A DNA stretch of 64,000 nt from Camelus dromedarius (Eukaryota), in the NCBI RefSeq assembly GCF_036321535.1, contig NC_087447.1:41604001-41668000 (forward strand), written 5' to 3'. Below are positions 36,434 through 47,620 of the stretch, one piece after another. How positions within the stretch are numbered: the stretch's first letter is position 1; every line of letters begins with the position of its first letter. The notes under the pieces were generated by a model. It was not told the origin of the DNA. It ran no database searches and saw nothing but the letters and a program-made list of their open reading frames with translations. Position numbers and translations under genes: made by a program.

Positions 36434-39246
36434 AATAATAATAATCTCTAACATTACCCAACACGTACTGACCACCAAGCACAGGATTAAGAACTTTAAA
36501 TATATTGGTTCATTCAATCTCCCAACATTCCAGTGAGGGACATGCTACATTCTTTATTTTAAAAGTGAGGAAATTGAGGCAGAGTGGCTACCTAATGCTT
36601 AAGATTCCACAACTAATGAGTAAGAGACCCTAGATTCAAATGCTTTTCAGGGTAAAGAGCAGAGCTGGAATTTGAACACTTTCCCGAATCTCAGTAACGC
36701 AGTAGCTCTGTGGCCTTGGGCTAATCACTCATCCTTTCCAGGCTATAGTGTCTCCTATAAACTGACAAGGAACTAATAAGGACTTTCCTACCTGTCACCC
36801 AGGGCTTCACTGAGGATCAAGGGAGCAGTGCCTGGAAAACAGCTTCATAAATAGTGTTACCACCTCCTTCTCTCCAGAACTCAGCGTGGCACACAGCCGG
36901 CAGCCTTGGTCAGGACTCAGGCAGGAATCAGCCTCCACTGATGGGAAAACCATTACCGAGAGGCCACAAAAATACAACAGTCTTCCTGCCAGAAGACAGA
37001 TGGAGTAGGCAGGGAGTTCCAATGGCTGTGAACACTTTACAAAGTTCATGTTCAGGGTGAATTCCAGCAAGACACAGTTTGTTCATTGGGTTCATTGTCA
37101 AACTACTATTTGACAGAAGAAGTCATTGCATGGAGAGAATGTCAAGAGGGCCCTTGGCTATTGTCTCCACTTCCTTGGGCCAGATCTTTTTCCTCGGGCC
37201 CTGAGCACTCGTCCTCCCCTGGAGTATCACGCTTGGTCTGGCCGAGCCATCAATCTGCCTCTCCAGACTTGATGCCTGAAAGAATGCCTGGCTCTTTCAA
37301 AAACTTAAGCAGCATGAAGAAGGAGGCCACCAGGCCAGCCTTTGGAGCCCCAGAGACCCTAGGAGGAAGGAGAGCTGACTTCTGGCCCTGACTCAAAATC
37401 ATGACCTTGGGCAAGTCCCTTCTTCCCTCAGGGGTTTTGTTGTTCTATCTGTAATACAAGGGCTTCTTGGACACTCTCCCAAGGCCCTTCCAACTCCGCC
37501 CTCATGCTGGCTATTCTGGGGAGAGGTGTAACACGGATATGACTGGCTGCGATTTATCTGGGAGATTTCCAGAGAGAGGAATCAAGCAAGAATCTGGAGC
37601 CTACAAACAATGATAAACTGCAGTTTAAGAACTCTGGCTGACAGTGTAAAGCCATAAAGCCACGGCAATCGGTCTGGAGGGCAGAGAAGACAGTACTGCT
37701 TAGGGGAGCATCTGGGGACAAAGGTCTTTATTAAATGGTCGCTGGTATCCTCTACTATATATTATATGCAAAGCAGATGAAGAGAGGGAGGGAAAGAGAA
37801 GCTACAGAAACTTCCAGGATGAAGAAGACATGGCATCTGCCCACATTGGGAGTATAATTAGGGTAAGAAATAGCTGCGGACTGAGCCAAGAGGGAAATGG
37901 GGGGATGTGGGGCCCCTCTTAGGTCCTGTGCTAGGTGGGTCATGGTCAAAAGTAATGGCCTCCCTGGGGGGGGGGGGGAGCGGGGGTAGGAAATCTGTCT
38001 AGGCTGAAGGGACACTCTTAAATACCATCCCAGAGCCTAGGGAAAGAGTACAGCGCTCAGAGGGCCTGGGAATCAGATGATACTCCAGTTCCACCCTCTT
38101 AGTCAAGCCCTGAATCTCTAAAGGACTTCTGTTTCTCAGTATGCAGAAAACAGGGGCCACAGCTCCCCTTCTACACGCCCACACCCGGCACCCAGAGCCT
38201 CTTATCTTTCAGAAGAAGCCGAGATTCCCAAACCCATTTCCAGATTCATCAGCTACCTCACCAGTGACAAGGCTTCTCTCTGAGAGCAGGGTCAGGATCC
38301 CACCTCCAGGGAGCCTGCAGGAGCAGAAGAGAGTCTGGATTCTCCCATTAGATCATCAGGAACATGGTCTCCTTCTGTCTTGCTGGCTTCCTCTGCTCTG
38401 CTGCCGGTCAGGTCTAACGTGTAGCCCAGACAGACAGGAACAGGAGCAGTTCTTCTAGGACGTCCATTTGGCCCTGGACCATAACTACAGTGCTGTCGGT
38501 CCACCCGTGCAGGCCTCGCTCCTGCACAAACCTGAAAGGCCTCTCCAGCCCAGGACTTTGTAAAGGTGGCAAAAAAGGGTCATTTGAAAGACCCAAACCC
38601 ATCCTATGTGATCAATATACATTACTGGTTACTAACTATATGTTTATATACATGTTATATATAAAACATAATTTATATTACATGTTATATACTACATTAT
38701 TACACAATAATAATTGCAATTATGTAACAGTTATACAAAATTACATTCTCACATAATTTTATGTAATAGTGTAATTTGTGTAACTATTGTATTATTTGTA
38801 TATAATATATAATATAGATACTATGTATATATATTACACAGTGACTGTGACTAAGTTTGACTACAGTGTCATGGCCACAGTGGGGCTTTAGGATTAGCTC
38901 CAATCCCTCCTCTCCATTACCGGCTCCAGGTAGAGTTTCTGTGATGGTCTCACCTGGTCTTCTCTGCCATGACCCGACAGTGTATCACCTGCTTACCTCC
39001 TTCTTCAACTTGTTGATCCATATCCCACACAGACCCACCATCATCAGAACATTCGCTTCCATCTATCAGATCCACTTATTAACTGATAATTTCCCCATAT
39101 CTCCCTTTAAAAAAATTTAATTGCGATAAAGTTAACATAAAATTTACTGTCTTGACCATTTTTTGGGTGTATAGTTCAATAAAGTTAAGCACATTCAACA
39201 ATGTGGTTCCCATTGCTCTTTTCACAGTTGCCTAAAACTCAGTCTT

Positions 39247-39434
39247 TTTTTGTTTTGTTTTGAGTAAAGATAGATTTATTTAGAGAGAAACATACTACAT
39301 AGAGTGTAGGCTGTTTTAGAAAGTGAGAGAAAGGCCACAAGGTGTGGGCGCTGGGTGCTCAGGTTGCAGTAAAATTAGATACACACTCCATAGACAGAGT
39401 GCGGGCCAACTCCGAAAACAAGGGAGCGAGAGAG
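39247..39434 (-). mobile_element. Polyadenylated retrocopy of an ERV LTR R-region, likely L1-mobilised
   Basis: Minus strand 'ggcccgcactctgtctatggagtgtgtatct...tctctctaaataaatctatctttactc' plus A-rich tail; 17-bp TSD gcctaaa(a/c)ctcagtctt. Confidence 0.75.
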
Positions 39435-39754
39435 GCCTAAACCTCAGTCTTGAAGTGACAGAGTCCTCATTCGTTGCAGTCAGACGGGGCTAGGGATTTG
39501 ACTCCCACTTGCTCCTGCACAGACCCGTGCAGAGCTGCAGGGCAGAAGCTTCATACCTCGCCTTGAATGCAGTCTGCCCATGGCTATTACAAGTCACCTG
39601 CACCTTGTGTTAACTCGGTGGATAAAAGCAGGTCAGTTCTCTATAGCCAAGAGCCTTAGGTCGGGCAGTGGCATGGGCTCTCTTCCTGGGACCTGGTCTC
39701 TCCAAAGGGGCCAGATCTACATGTGCTGGGAATACAACTGGAGTTGGGTCCTCG

Positions 39755-40317
39755 TCTGATATCATACCACTTCACTGTCTAGGCTACAACAGAGTTTTAG
39801 TTGGAGGTTGTGTATATGGTCCTTTTTACCTGATCTGTGACTAAAGAAGTAATGTCAAGACAGCTTAGGAAAAATATCAATTTCCTAAAATTGGAAATAG
39901 GAATGGTTCATACAGCCCTGCAGCTATCTTGATGCTGGGTGGTCCTTACCTTGTGTAGACCCAAACTGGTTAGTGCAAAATAGTTCCACTTCCTCAAGAG
40001 GCACCGCAGATGCTGCAGTCGCCCTTCAAACCAGACGTGTGTTTACTGTGTGTTATATCTCTTCTGGTTCCTTCAGCCAAGATGCCTAGTCCAACTTTTT
40101 TTTTCTCCAATTAATCACATCCTGGGAGCCAATGTATAAATCCAGTATTGCAACTCTAGTGCATAACTGTTCTAAAGGATCTTATTTTACGTACTATATG
40201 TATCAGAATCGTGTACATTGTCATGTAGTGCAAAAAAAAATCTACATAAATAATGCAGCCAATGATCCAAGTGTCATACCAACTAAAACACCAAATGAAC
40301 CTTGAACTGTGAAAAAA
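39755..40317 (+). pseudogene. LDHA: 5'-truncated processed pseudogene of lactate dehydrogenase A, 3'UTR only
   Basis: Colinear with the mammalian LDHA 3'UTR as I recall it: 'ttcactgtctaggctacaacag', 'ggaggttgtg...tcctttttacctgatctgtga', 'atgcctagtccaac', 'tcacatcctggga', 'aaaggatcttatttt', 'ataccaactaaaac...aaccttgaac'; ends in a short A-run. Confidence 0.9.
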
Positions 40318-41117
40318 TGGGGGGACCAGAGAACTGTGCTTGTAAGACTGGAAGATGCCTGCTCACGTGGCCCTTGCTTTGACTTTTGGAGGAAGCAAAA
40401 TATGCAATGTCAGTTTCTTCATCTGTAGAATGGGAAATAATATCCACATTATAGATAATTTCAAAGCTTGAAGAACATGATATACATCAATTATTTACTT
40501 TGATGACAGACATAGGAAGTGCTTAATAAGTGGAAGAACGGTGTTTGTTGCTGTCATTATTATTGGACCTGAAATTTCCCCAAGCCTTGCAAGACTATAA
40601 GCACAAGTGAAGATGCTCTAACAGCAATTGTTCTGATTTCACCAGCTTATTGCTTCCCTCAACAACTTAGACCCTTACTCCTGTGGAAGGTGTCACCTAC
40701 CTCTGGGGTATCCATTACTCTGCAGGGCTCTACAGGATCCTCACAGGATCACACTAGCTCTCTCTCTCTCTCTCTCTCTGTCATACTCAGCAAAGGTGTC
40801 CTAAAGGAATGTGGCTGGTGCACCAATGTTTTACATTCTTTGTGAAATAGTTTCAGTGTTTGTCACAAGACAGGCTTGAGTGAGTCTCTTGGGACTGGAC
40901 CAAGAGACATTTCTAAGGGATAGACACCAAGATGTTCACATTTCCTGCTCGCCTGGGCTGAGCACTGTCCTGAGAAGTCCCTCAGGAACAATGTATAAAG
41001 GCACCTGGCAGCTAAATCTGTCCCAAAGTAAGGGATATGGCCTCGGCTAAGCCAAGATCTATCACCACTATTGTACTCAGCTTTGACATCCTCTAAACAG
41101 TCCCCCAGCCCCTGCGC

Positions 41118-41600
41118 TGTATGAGTTATTTATTGCTGCATGATGAGTTATTCCAAATTTAGTAGCTTAAGGCACCTGTATTATGGAGTCATGAATTCGG
41201 AGCAGCTTGGCAAGGTGGCTCCAGCTCAGGGTCTTTCTTGAGGTTGCAATCAAGGTGTCAGCCAGGGCTGCAGTCATCTGAGGCTTGACTGGACCTGGAG
41301 CACCCACTTTCAAGTTCACTCACGGGGCTGCTGGCAGGAGGCTTTAGCTCCTCGTCATACGGACCTCTCCACAGCATCTCATGACAGGGCCTTCCCGAGA
41401 GTGAATTATCAAGAAAGAGTGTGACCAAGACAGAAACTGCCATCTTTTATAACCCAATCTGGGAAGTGACATACCACCACCTCTGCTATATTCTGTTGAT
41501 CTCACAGACCTATACCGGTACCAGGTGGGAGGGAACTGCACAAGGGTGTGAATACCAGGATGTGGGGTCACCAGGGTCATCTTGGAAGCTTGCTACCGTG
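41118..41600 (-). mobile_element. MaLR LTR (MLT1-type)
   Basis: 'tgtatgagttatttattgctgc...ggctgcagtcatctgaggcttgactgg...ggaagtgacataccaccacctctgc'. Confidence 0.85.
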
Positions 41601-41884
41601 CACCCTCTGCTCTCTCCCACTCCAGTCTCTGCAATCTTGCCTGAGGATTTCTTCATGGTCCAAGTGGGAGCCCCACAAATGGAGCCAAGCAATGGCAAGG
41701 TAGCACTGGGAACCAGGGATATGTATGCAAAGGGTAAGAACTAGGAAAAGAAAGAGAAGGATAGAAGTAAATCAGAGGGCATAGAGTCTTGGGGGTAAAA
41801 TAAAAAAATAACAGGTCTTCCAATACTGTGGGAGAGTAAAACGCGGGAACGGACAGGGACCTGGATCCTCCGTGCAGCAGAACT

Positions 41885-42212
41885 GTTAGAAATAAGTGGT
41901 TTAGAACAACACAGGTTCATTTCCCTCTTATGCTACCTGTCCATGGCTGGGGGCTCTGCTCTACATCTCCTCCCTGGGAACCCAGGTTGATGGATCAGCC
42001 ATCATCTTGACCATTGCCCAAACCATCAGCAGAAAGAGAGCTCCAGAGGGTCTGGAATTGGCAACAAGATGCTCTGGTCTAGAAGTGATGCATATCCCTT
42101 TCATTCATGACCCATAGGCTTCAAATGGCCACTTTCACTCCAGCCAACCACAAGGGTGCCTGGAAGAGAGGCGAACTGGAAATATTTGGAAAATAGCACT
42201 GATGATTCCTCA
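41885..42212 (-). mobile_element. Old MaLR LTR (MLT1-type) fragment
   Basis: 'aagtggtttagaacaacacagg...gggaacccaggttgatggatcagccatcatct...ctagaagtgatgc'. Confidence 0.65.
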
Positions 42213-43215
42213 AAGTCTAAGAGAGGAACAAACTCTTCAGCGAAAGGCAAGGAAGGGGCTAGGGCTAGGTCCTGGGGGTTAGACTGGAGTATGGTAAAAT
42301 GATGCTTTTCCATAACTGTGCTTTGAAAGGCTCTCTGCAGTTTACTCCACCATCCTGGGCTCAGTTTATTCTTTTCTGCCTCACACAGCAGTTTCAAGGA
42401 GCATCTCTCAAGTCCTCTCCGTCAGGCCTGGGTCAGGCCTGACCCTTGCCCTATACTGCATACCTCCTCACCCTACCCTTTGGTCCAGGAGGAGGATACC
42501 TAGACACCAGGTCATACACACCCCCAACTTCATGCTCCCAAGCATAGCCAGACCCTTGGGATCCCTGGGGACAGCCCCCAACCCACTTCCCAGAGGTGAG
42601 CACACTTCTAGCCCTAGCCTGACCTCCTGCCCACGATTCTCAGTAGACCAAAATCTAGGCCAAGCTCCCATCAGACCTGAGAGGTCCCTGGAGAAGTGGG
42701 GTCTTTGCCTGCTGAGGCTACAGTTCTGGCTTGTCTCTCGACAGGCTCCACTGGACCTCCTTGCACCTGTGTTCACATTCTCACTTCCAAGAACAGCTTA
42801 GGTTAGAGCTGGTTTCCTTATTGGCCAATAAATACTAAATACTCCATTTCCTCACTCACAGGTTAGGAAATGTCCATGGTCCATCAGCAGGACCAACGTG
42901 ACCCGACCCTAACCTTTTAGCCTCCTCCCCTGAGCATAAATACATCACAGTGAAATCAGTGTGTTTGCCATGCAAAACAAGACTTTTGCTTCCCCTTCCA
43001 CCAGATTGCCTTCCAGCCCCTCCAGTGGGGAAGTTCTGGAGCCAACGGTGCCTCTAAAGCCTGAGGAATTCAGAGATGGGCTCTCCAGGAGGGGCATATC
43101 CATGGAAACTCAGGACATTTGTCACATGAACTTTGACATTAAATTTCACTCTCAGGGGCCAAGCTCATCTCCTGGTTCTTGATTAAAAACAGTTACAATG
43201 GTAACACTCCAGGAG

Positions 43216-43261
43216 GAGGCAGACAACCTCTGAATGAGGCAGACAACCTCTGAATGAGGCA
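43216..43261. repeat. Perfect 20-bp tandem duplication
   Basis: gaggcagacaacctctgaat x2 plus gaggca. Confidence 0.9.
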
Positions 43262-44704
43262 ATCCTCATGGATTAGGTGGTATTTAACTTAGGCCTTGCC
43301 AACTGGGAAGTTTCTCAGCAACTGATGATGAGATGAAAAGAGGTCAGTTTAAGGGAACAGCATGAATAAAAGCAAGGAGGTGAAAATTTGGCTGATAATA
43401 GAATATGTGTGATGGAGCAGTGGAGATAAGGCTACAAAGACTACTTGAAAACTGATTGTAGAGAGCCTTGAATGTCAGCTAAGGAGTTAACTTAATTTCA
43501 CAGGAGAGATAATAATCAAAATAATGAAGAATTTAACTAATATCTACAGAATATATACTAGGTCAGGCATTAGGTAAATGCTTTATATGCATTATTATCT
43601 CACAACAACCTAACAGGTTTATCTATTGTTTTCCTTTTGGAAAGATGAGGGACATTGGCACAGAGAGGTCAGGTTATTCGTCTGAGGTATGTACGTGACA
43701 TAACCATGGTACAAACTCAAATCTGCCTGACTCTTAACCACTAGGTAAGATTAAATACTGACCAACAACATACTTATAAAAGTGCCTTCCCACAGCTTTG
43801 GCCTTAAATGGCATCAGGGGAGATTGGCAAGGAAAGTGTCAGCCTGAGCCAGAGGGTTCTCACCATCTGATGTCATTCACAGCTGACAGATGAACAGAAA
43901 GGCTGAACATACAAAGTGTCTCAGGTGGCAGGAAAGGACAGGCAAGCAGCATAGCAAGCGGAGGGTGTTGAGGTGTAAGTCATGCTTCTTGCACCACAGA
44001 TGGCTCTGAGGACACCAAATTCATGTTGGACAAAGGTCCAGGCTAAATGTGACCCTTCTCCACTCTGGGACTCCCAGAGCTGCCCTGTCGGACCACTCCA
44101 GGCCTTCTCAGAGGTGCCTATTAGCAGAAATGTGATTCGTGTTTCTCAGAGTCATGCTCTGGGTCTATTCTGGCCCTATCTTTCTTCAGAGGCAGCCAGA
44201 ACAACCTGTTCTGTTCACTGCAGCATCTGCTTCAAACCAGCTGCTCTGGAGAACTCCCCAGAGTTTCAGGATATCCGTGAACACCGAACCTGTGGAAGTA
44301 AGCCCTGTTCTCGAGACCTCTGACTGCAGGAAGCCATGACAAGGGCAAATGTGGTGGCCAGAGGGCAGGTGAGGGCAGCAGAGAGCTGGAAACAGAAGCC
44401 CAGGAGACAGGAGTGACTGCAGCTGGGAGGGCTCCTGGAGGAAGTAGGAGGGGCTTGTGGAGAGCCTCCATCTGCCAAGGAAATCCCCTCCCCTGGGTTC
44501 ACTTGGAGGCCAGCTCATATTGGAGCACAGATGCTAAGGGATCGCTGGGAAGTCAGACCAAAGGAGAAGCAGAGAGATGCCAGAGACAACACCACTGAGA
44601 GTCCTGAAGAGGGCCGGGAATATGCTGGAGGTCACCAGGGGTCCTGGAAGAGCTCTGAACACAGGCCAGCCTTGTTCTCCCCAAGCCCAGAGAGCAGAGA
44701 GACA

Positions 44705-46100
44705 GAAAAGCAAAGAAAAGCTGCCCAGTTCATTTTATGAGGTCATCATAACCCTGACAACAAAACCTGTCAAGAACAGCATAAACACAGAAAGAAACAA
44801 CGGACAGTCTCACTTTTAAATATGGACAGAAACATTTTGAGAAAAACATAAACAAAAATCCATGATACCCAAGCAGGGTTTATTCTAGCAATGTAAGGAT
44901 GGTTTGACATTAGGAAATGTATTAAAATTATACAGTTCATCAATAAGAAAAATAAATCACCCAAGATTCTAGATTTCCTAGATTCTGGAAAGCATTTGCT
45001 AAAATTCCACATCCTACTTCTGCTGGTTCTTTTTTTTTAACTGTTAAAATCTTAAGAAGAGTAGGATAATCTCATATCATAATGAAGAGTAGCAATATCT
45101 TACATAAAACTGAAATACTGTGGACTGTTTCATTTAAATCAGTAACTAGAAAAGGATGCTCAGGCTCACCATTATTGTTTTTTTGGTTGGGTTTGTTTGT
45201 TTGTTTGTTTGTTTGGGGGTTTTTTTGGTTGGTGGAGGTATTTAGGTTTATTCATTGATTTATTCTTAAAGGAGGTACTGGGGATTGAACCCAGGACCTC
45301 ATGGATGCTAAGCATGCACTCTACCACTTGAGCTGTACCCTCCCCCCTCACCATTATTCTTTAATATTTTCTAGAAGTTAAGTCCAATCCAATAAAGGAA
45401 GACATAAAAGAGAAACAAGAGATGTTAAGACAAAATTATCATTATCAGTTCTATGCCTTAGTTATTAATGCTGTATGTTAAAATTCGAAGATTACATCTA
45501 GAAAAAAATAATAATCAAAAAAAGCTAAAAAAAAATTCTTCAGATCTTGATGGATTTTCAGTTTCAGATGTTAAGGCAACCTCTCATTCCTGGATAAACC
45601 CCACTAGGTCATGATATATATTATCTTTTCCATATACTGTTGGTATCATTTTGCTGGAATATTAAGAATTTTTTAATCTGTTCAGGAGTGATATTAATCT
45701 TTAGTTTTCTTGTATATCTTCATCTGGTTTTGGTATCAGGATAATGCCAACTAAAATGACTTGGTTAGTGTTCTCTAAAAAATCAATGACCTCAGCTTCC
45801 ACCTTAAAAAGAAAAAGTGGAAAAATAAGAGTAAATTGAACACAAAATAAGTAGAAGAAAGGAAATAATTAAGATAAGAATGGAAACCAGTGAAAGAGAA
45901 CACAGAAAAATAAGTCAATAAAACTGAAAGCTTGTTCTTTGAAAAGATCCATAAAATTAATAAACCTCTAGCCAGATCGAGAGAAAGATACAAATTGCCA
46001 GCATTAGAAATGAAAGAGGAGACATCATCACAGATCATATAGATATTAAAAAATATTAAGGGAATGTTATGAACAATGTTACACTTGATGAGCAAATTCC
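44705..46100. mobile_element. Old L1 ORF2 fragments in both orientations (+ 44705-45540, - 45545-45775, + 45776-46100)
   Basis: RT-region text 'cattttatgaggtcatcataaccctgacaacaaaacc', antisense 'tctggttttggtatcaggataatgcc', and sense 'ttctttgaaaagatccataaaattaataaacctctagccaga'. Confidence 0.8.
45177..45346 (-). mobile_element. Vic-1-type camelid SINE (tRNA-Ala AGC derived)
   Basis: Minus strand ggggagggtacagctcaagtggtagagtgcatgcttagcatccatgaggtcctgggttcaatccccagtacctcc with A and B boxes, an A-rich tail and TSD ctcaccattatt(g/c)ttt. Confidence 0.9.
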
Positions 46101-46439
46101 ATCATAAATTTAGAATAAAATGATACATATTCTAAGGTGAATTTAAAAAATGGGCAATATAAGTTTTTTTTAACCCCAGAATGTTAACTATCAAAAAATT
46201 TGAAAACTTGTTGTTGATAAGGGTGTCAATAAATAGACACTTTCATTCATTGCTGATGGTATTGTATCTTAGGACAGCCTCTATGAAGAGCAATTTGGTA
46301 GTAGTTAAAAATTGTAAGTGCACATGCCTTTTAATCCAAAAATTCCCCTTCTAGGAATTTATCCTATGGATAAAAAAGTATATGTATAATATACTATATA
46401 AAAAAGTATATGTATAATGTTACTATTTTTTTCTTTATT

Positions 46440-47620
46440 GTTATTTCATAGGATTATGTTCTATCAATTACTGACAGTGGAGTGTTGATATCTCCATTTA
46501 TAATTGTGGATTTGTTCATTTCTCTTTCTACTTTTGTCAGTTTTTGCTTCATATAATTCTGATTGAGTATATACACACTCAGAACTTCTTCAAATATTGT
46601 GTGATATCACTTATATGTGGAATCTAAAACAAAAGATACAAATGAACTTATTTACAAAACAGAAATAAACTCACAGACATCAAAAACAAACTTATGATTA
46701 CCAAAGAGGGGAGAAGAATAAACTAGGAGTTTGAGATTAACATCTACACACTACTATATATAAAATAGGTAGACAACAAGGACCTACTGCATAGCACAGG
46801 GAAATATATTCAATATCTTGTAATAACCTGCGATGGAAAGGAATCTGAAAAAGAATACATATAAAACTGAATCACTTTGCTGTACACCAGAAACTAACAC
46901 ATTGTTAATCAACTATACTTCAATTAAAAAAAAAATTAACATCTTGTTCTTTGTTCTCTACTTGTCCCATTTGTTTTTCATTGTTCTTTTAATTTTTTTC
47001 TTTTACTGGCTTCTTTTGGATTACTTGATTGCTTTTTCAATATTACATTTTATCTCCACTTATTTGGAGTTTTGGCTACAATTATTTGGAGGTAATTTCT
47101 TTTGCTTTTGTTTTGTTTTTAGTGGTTACTTCATGATTTATATATACATATTTATCCTATCACAGTCTACCTTCATAACATACCACCTCTGTATAACATG
47201 AACCTTATAACAATGTGCCTCTATTTCCCCATCTCCTCCCTGGCGCTGTTTTGTTCAGACATTTACTTCCACATATGTTATAAGCACTATGAAACATTGT
47301 TACTATTTTTAAGCAGTGAATTATCTTGTAAATTTTTTAAATGAGAGGAAATTCTTTTGTAAATACTCACATGTTTACCATCTCCTCCACTCTGCTTTCA
47401 TTTATGTAGCTCAAGTTTCCACACAGTGTAATAGTTCTTTAGCCTTAAGTACTTCCTTCAACATTTTTGCTGTACGGGTAACAGTCACAGATTCTCTCAG
47501 CTTTTATTTCTATGAAAAAGTATTTTTATTTTACCTTCATTTTTAAAGGATTTTTTGCTGGATAGAGAATTCTAAGTTAATAGAGTCGGTTTTTTTTTTT
47601 TTTAATACTTTAAAGATGTT
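46440..47620 (-). mobile_element. Old L1M fragment with a nested sense L1 3' end (about 46600-46935)
   Basis: Host 'tctatcaattactgacagtggagtgttgatatctcc...ttttgctggatagagaattctaagtt'; nested 'gatatcacttatatgtggaatctaaaa...tcaactatacttcaattaaaaaa'. Confidence 0.8.

Noticed and set aside
37966..37990. G13 run with adjacent G-tract (possible G-quadruplex)
   Set aside because: A simple homopolymer with no functional context; length is prone to sequencing error.
45271..45346. tRNA-Ala(AGC) gene
   Set aside because: The 5' extension, A-rich tail and TSD show it is a SINE copy.
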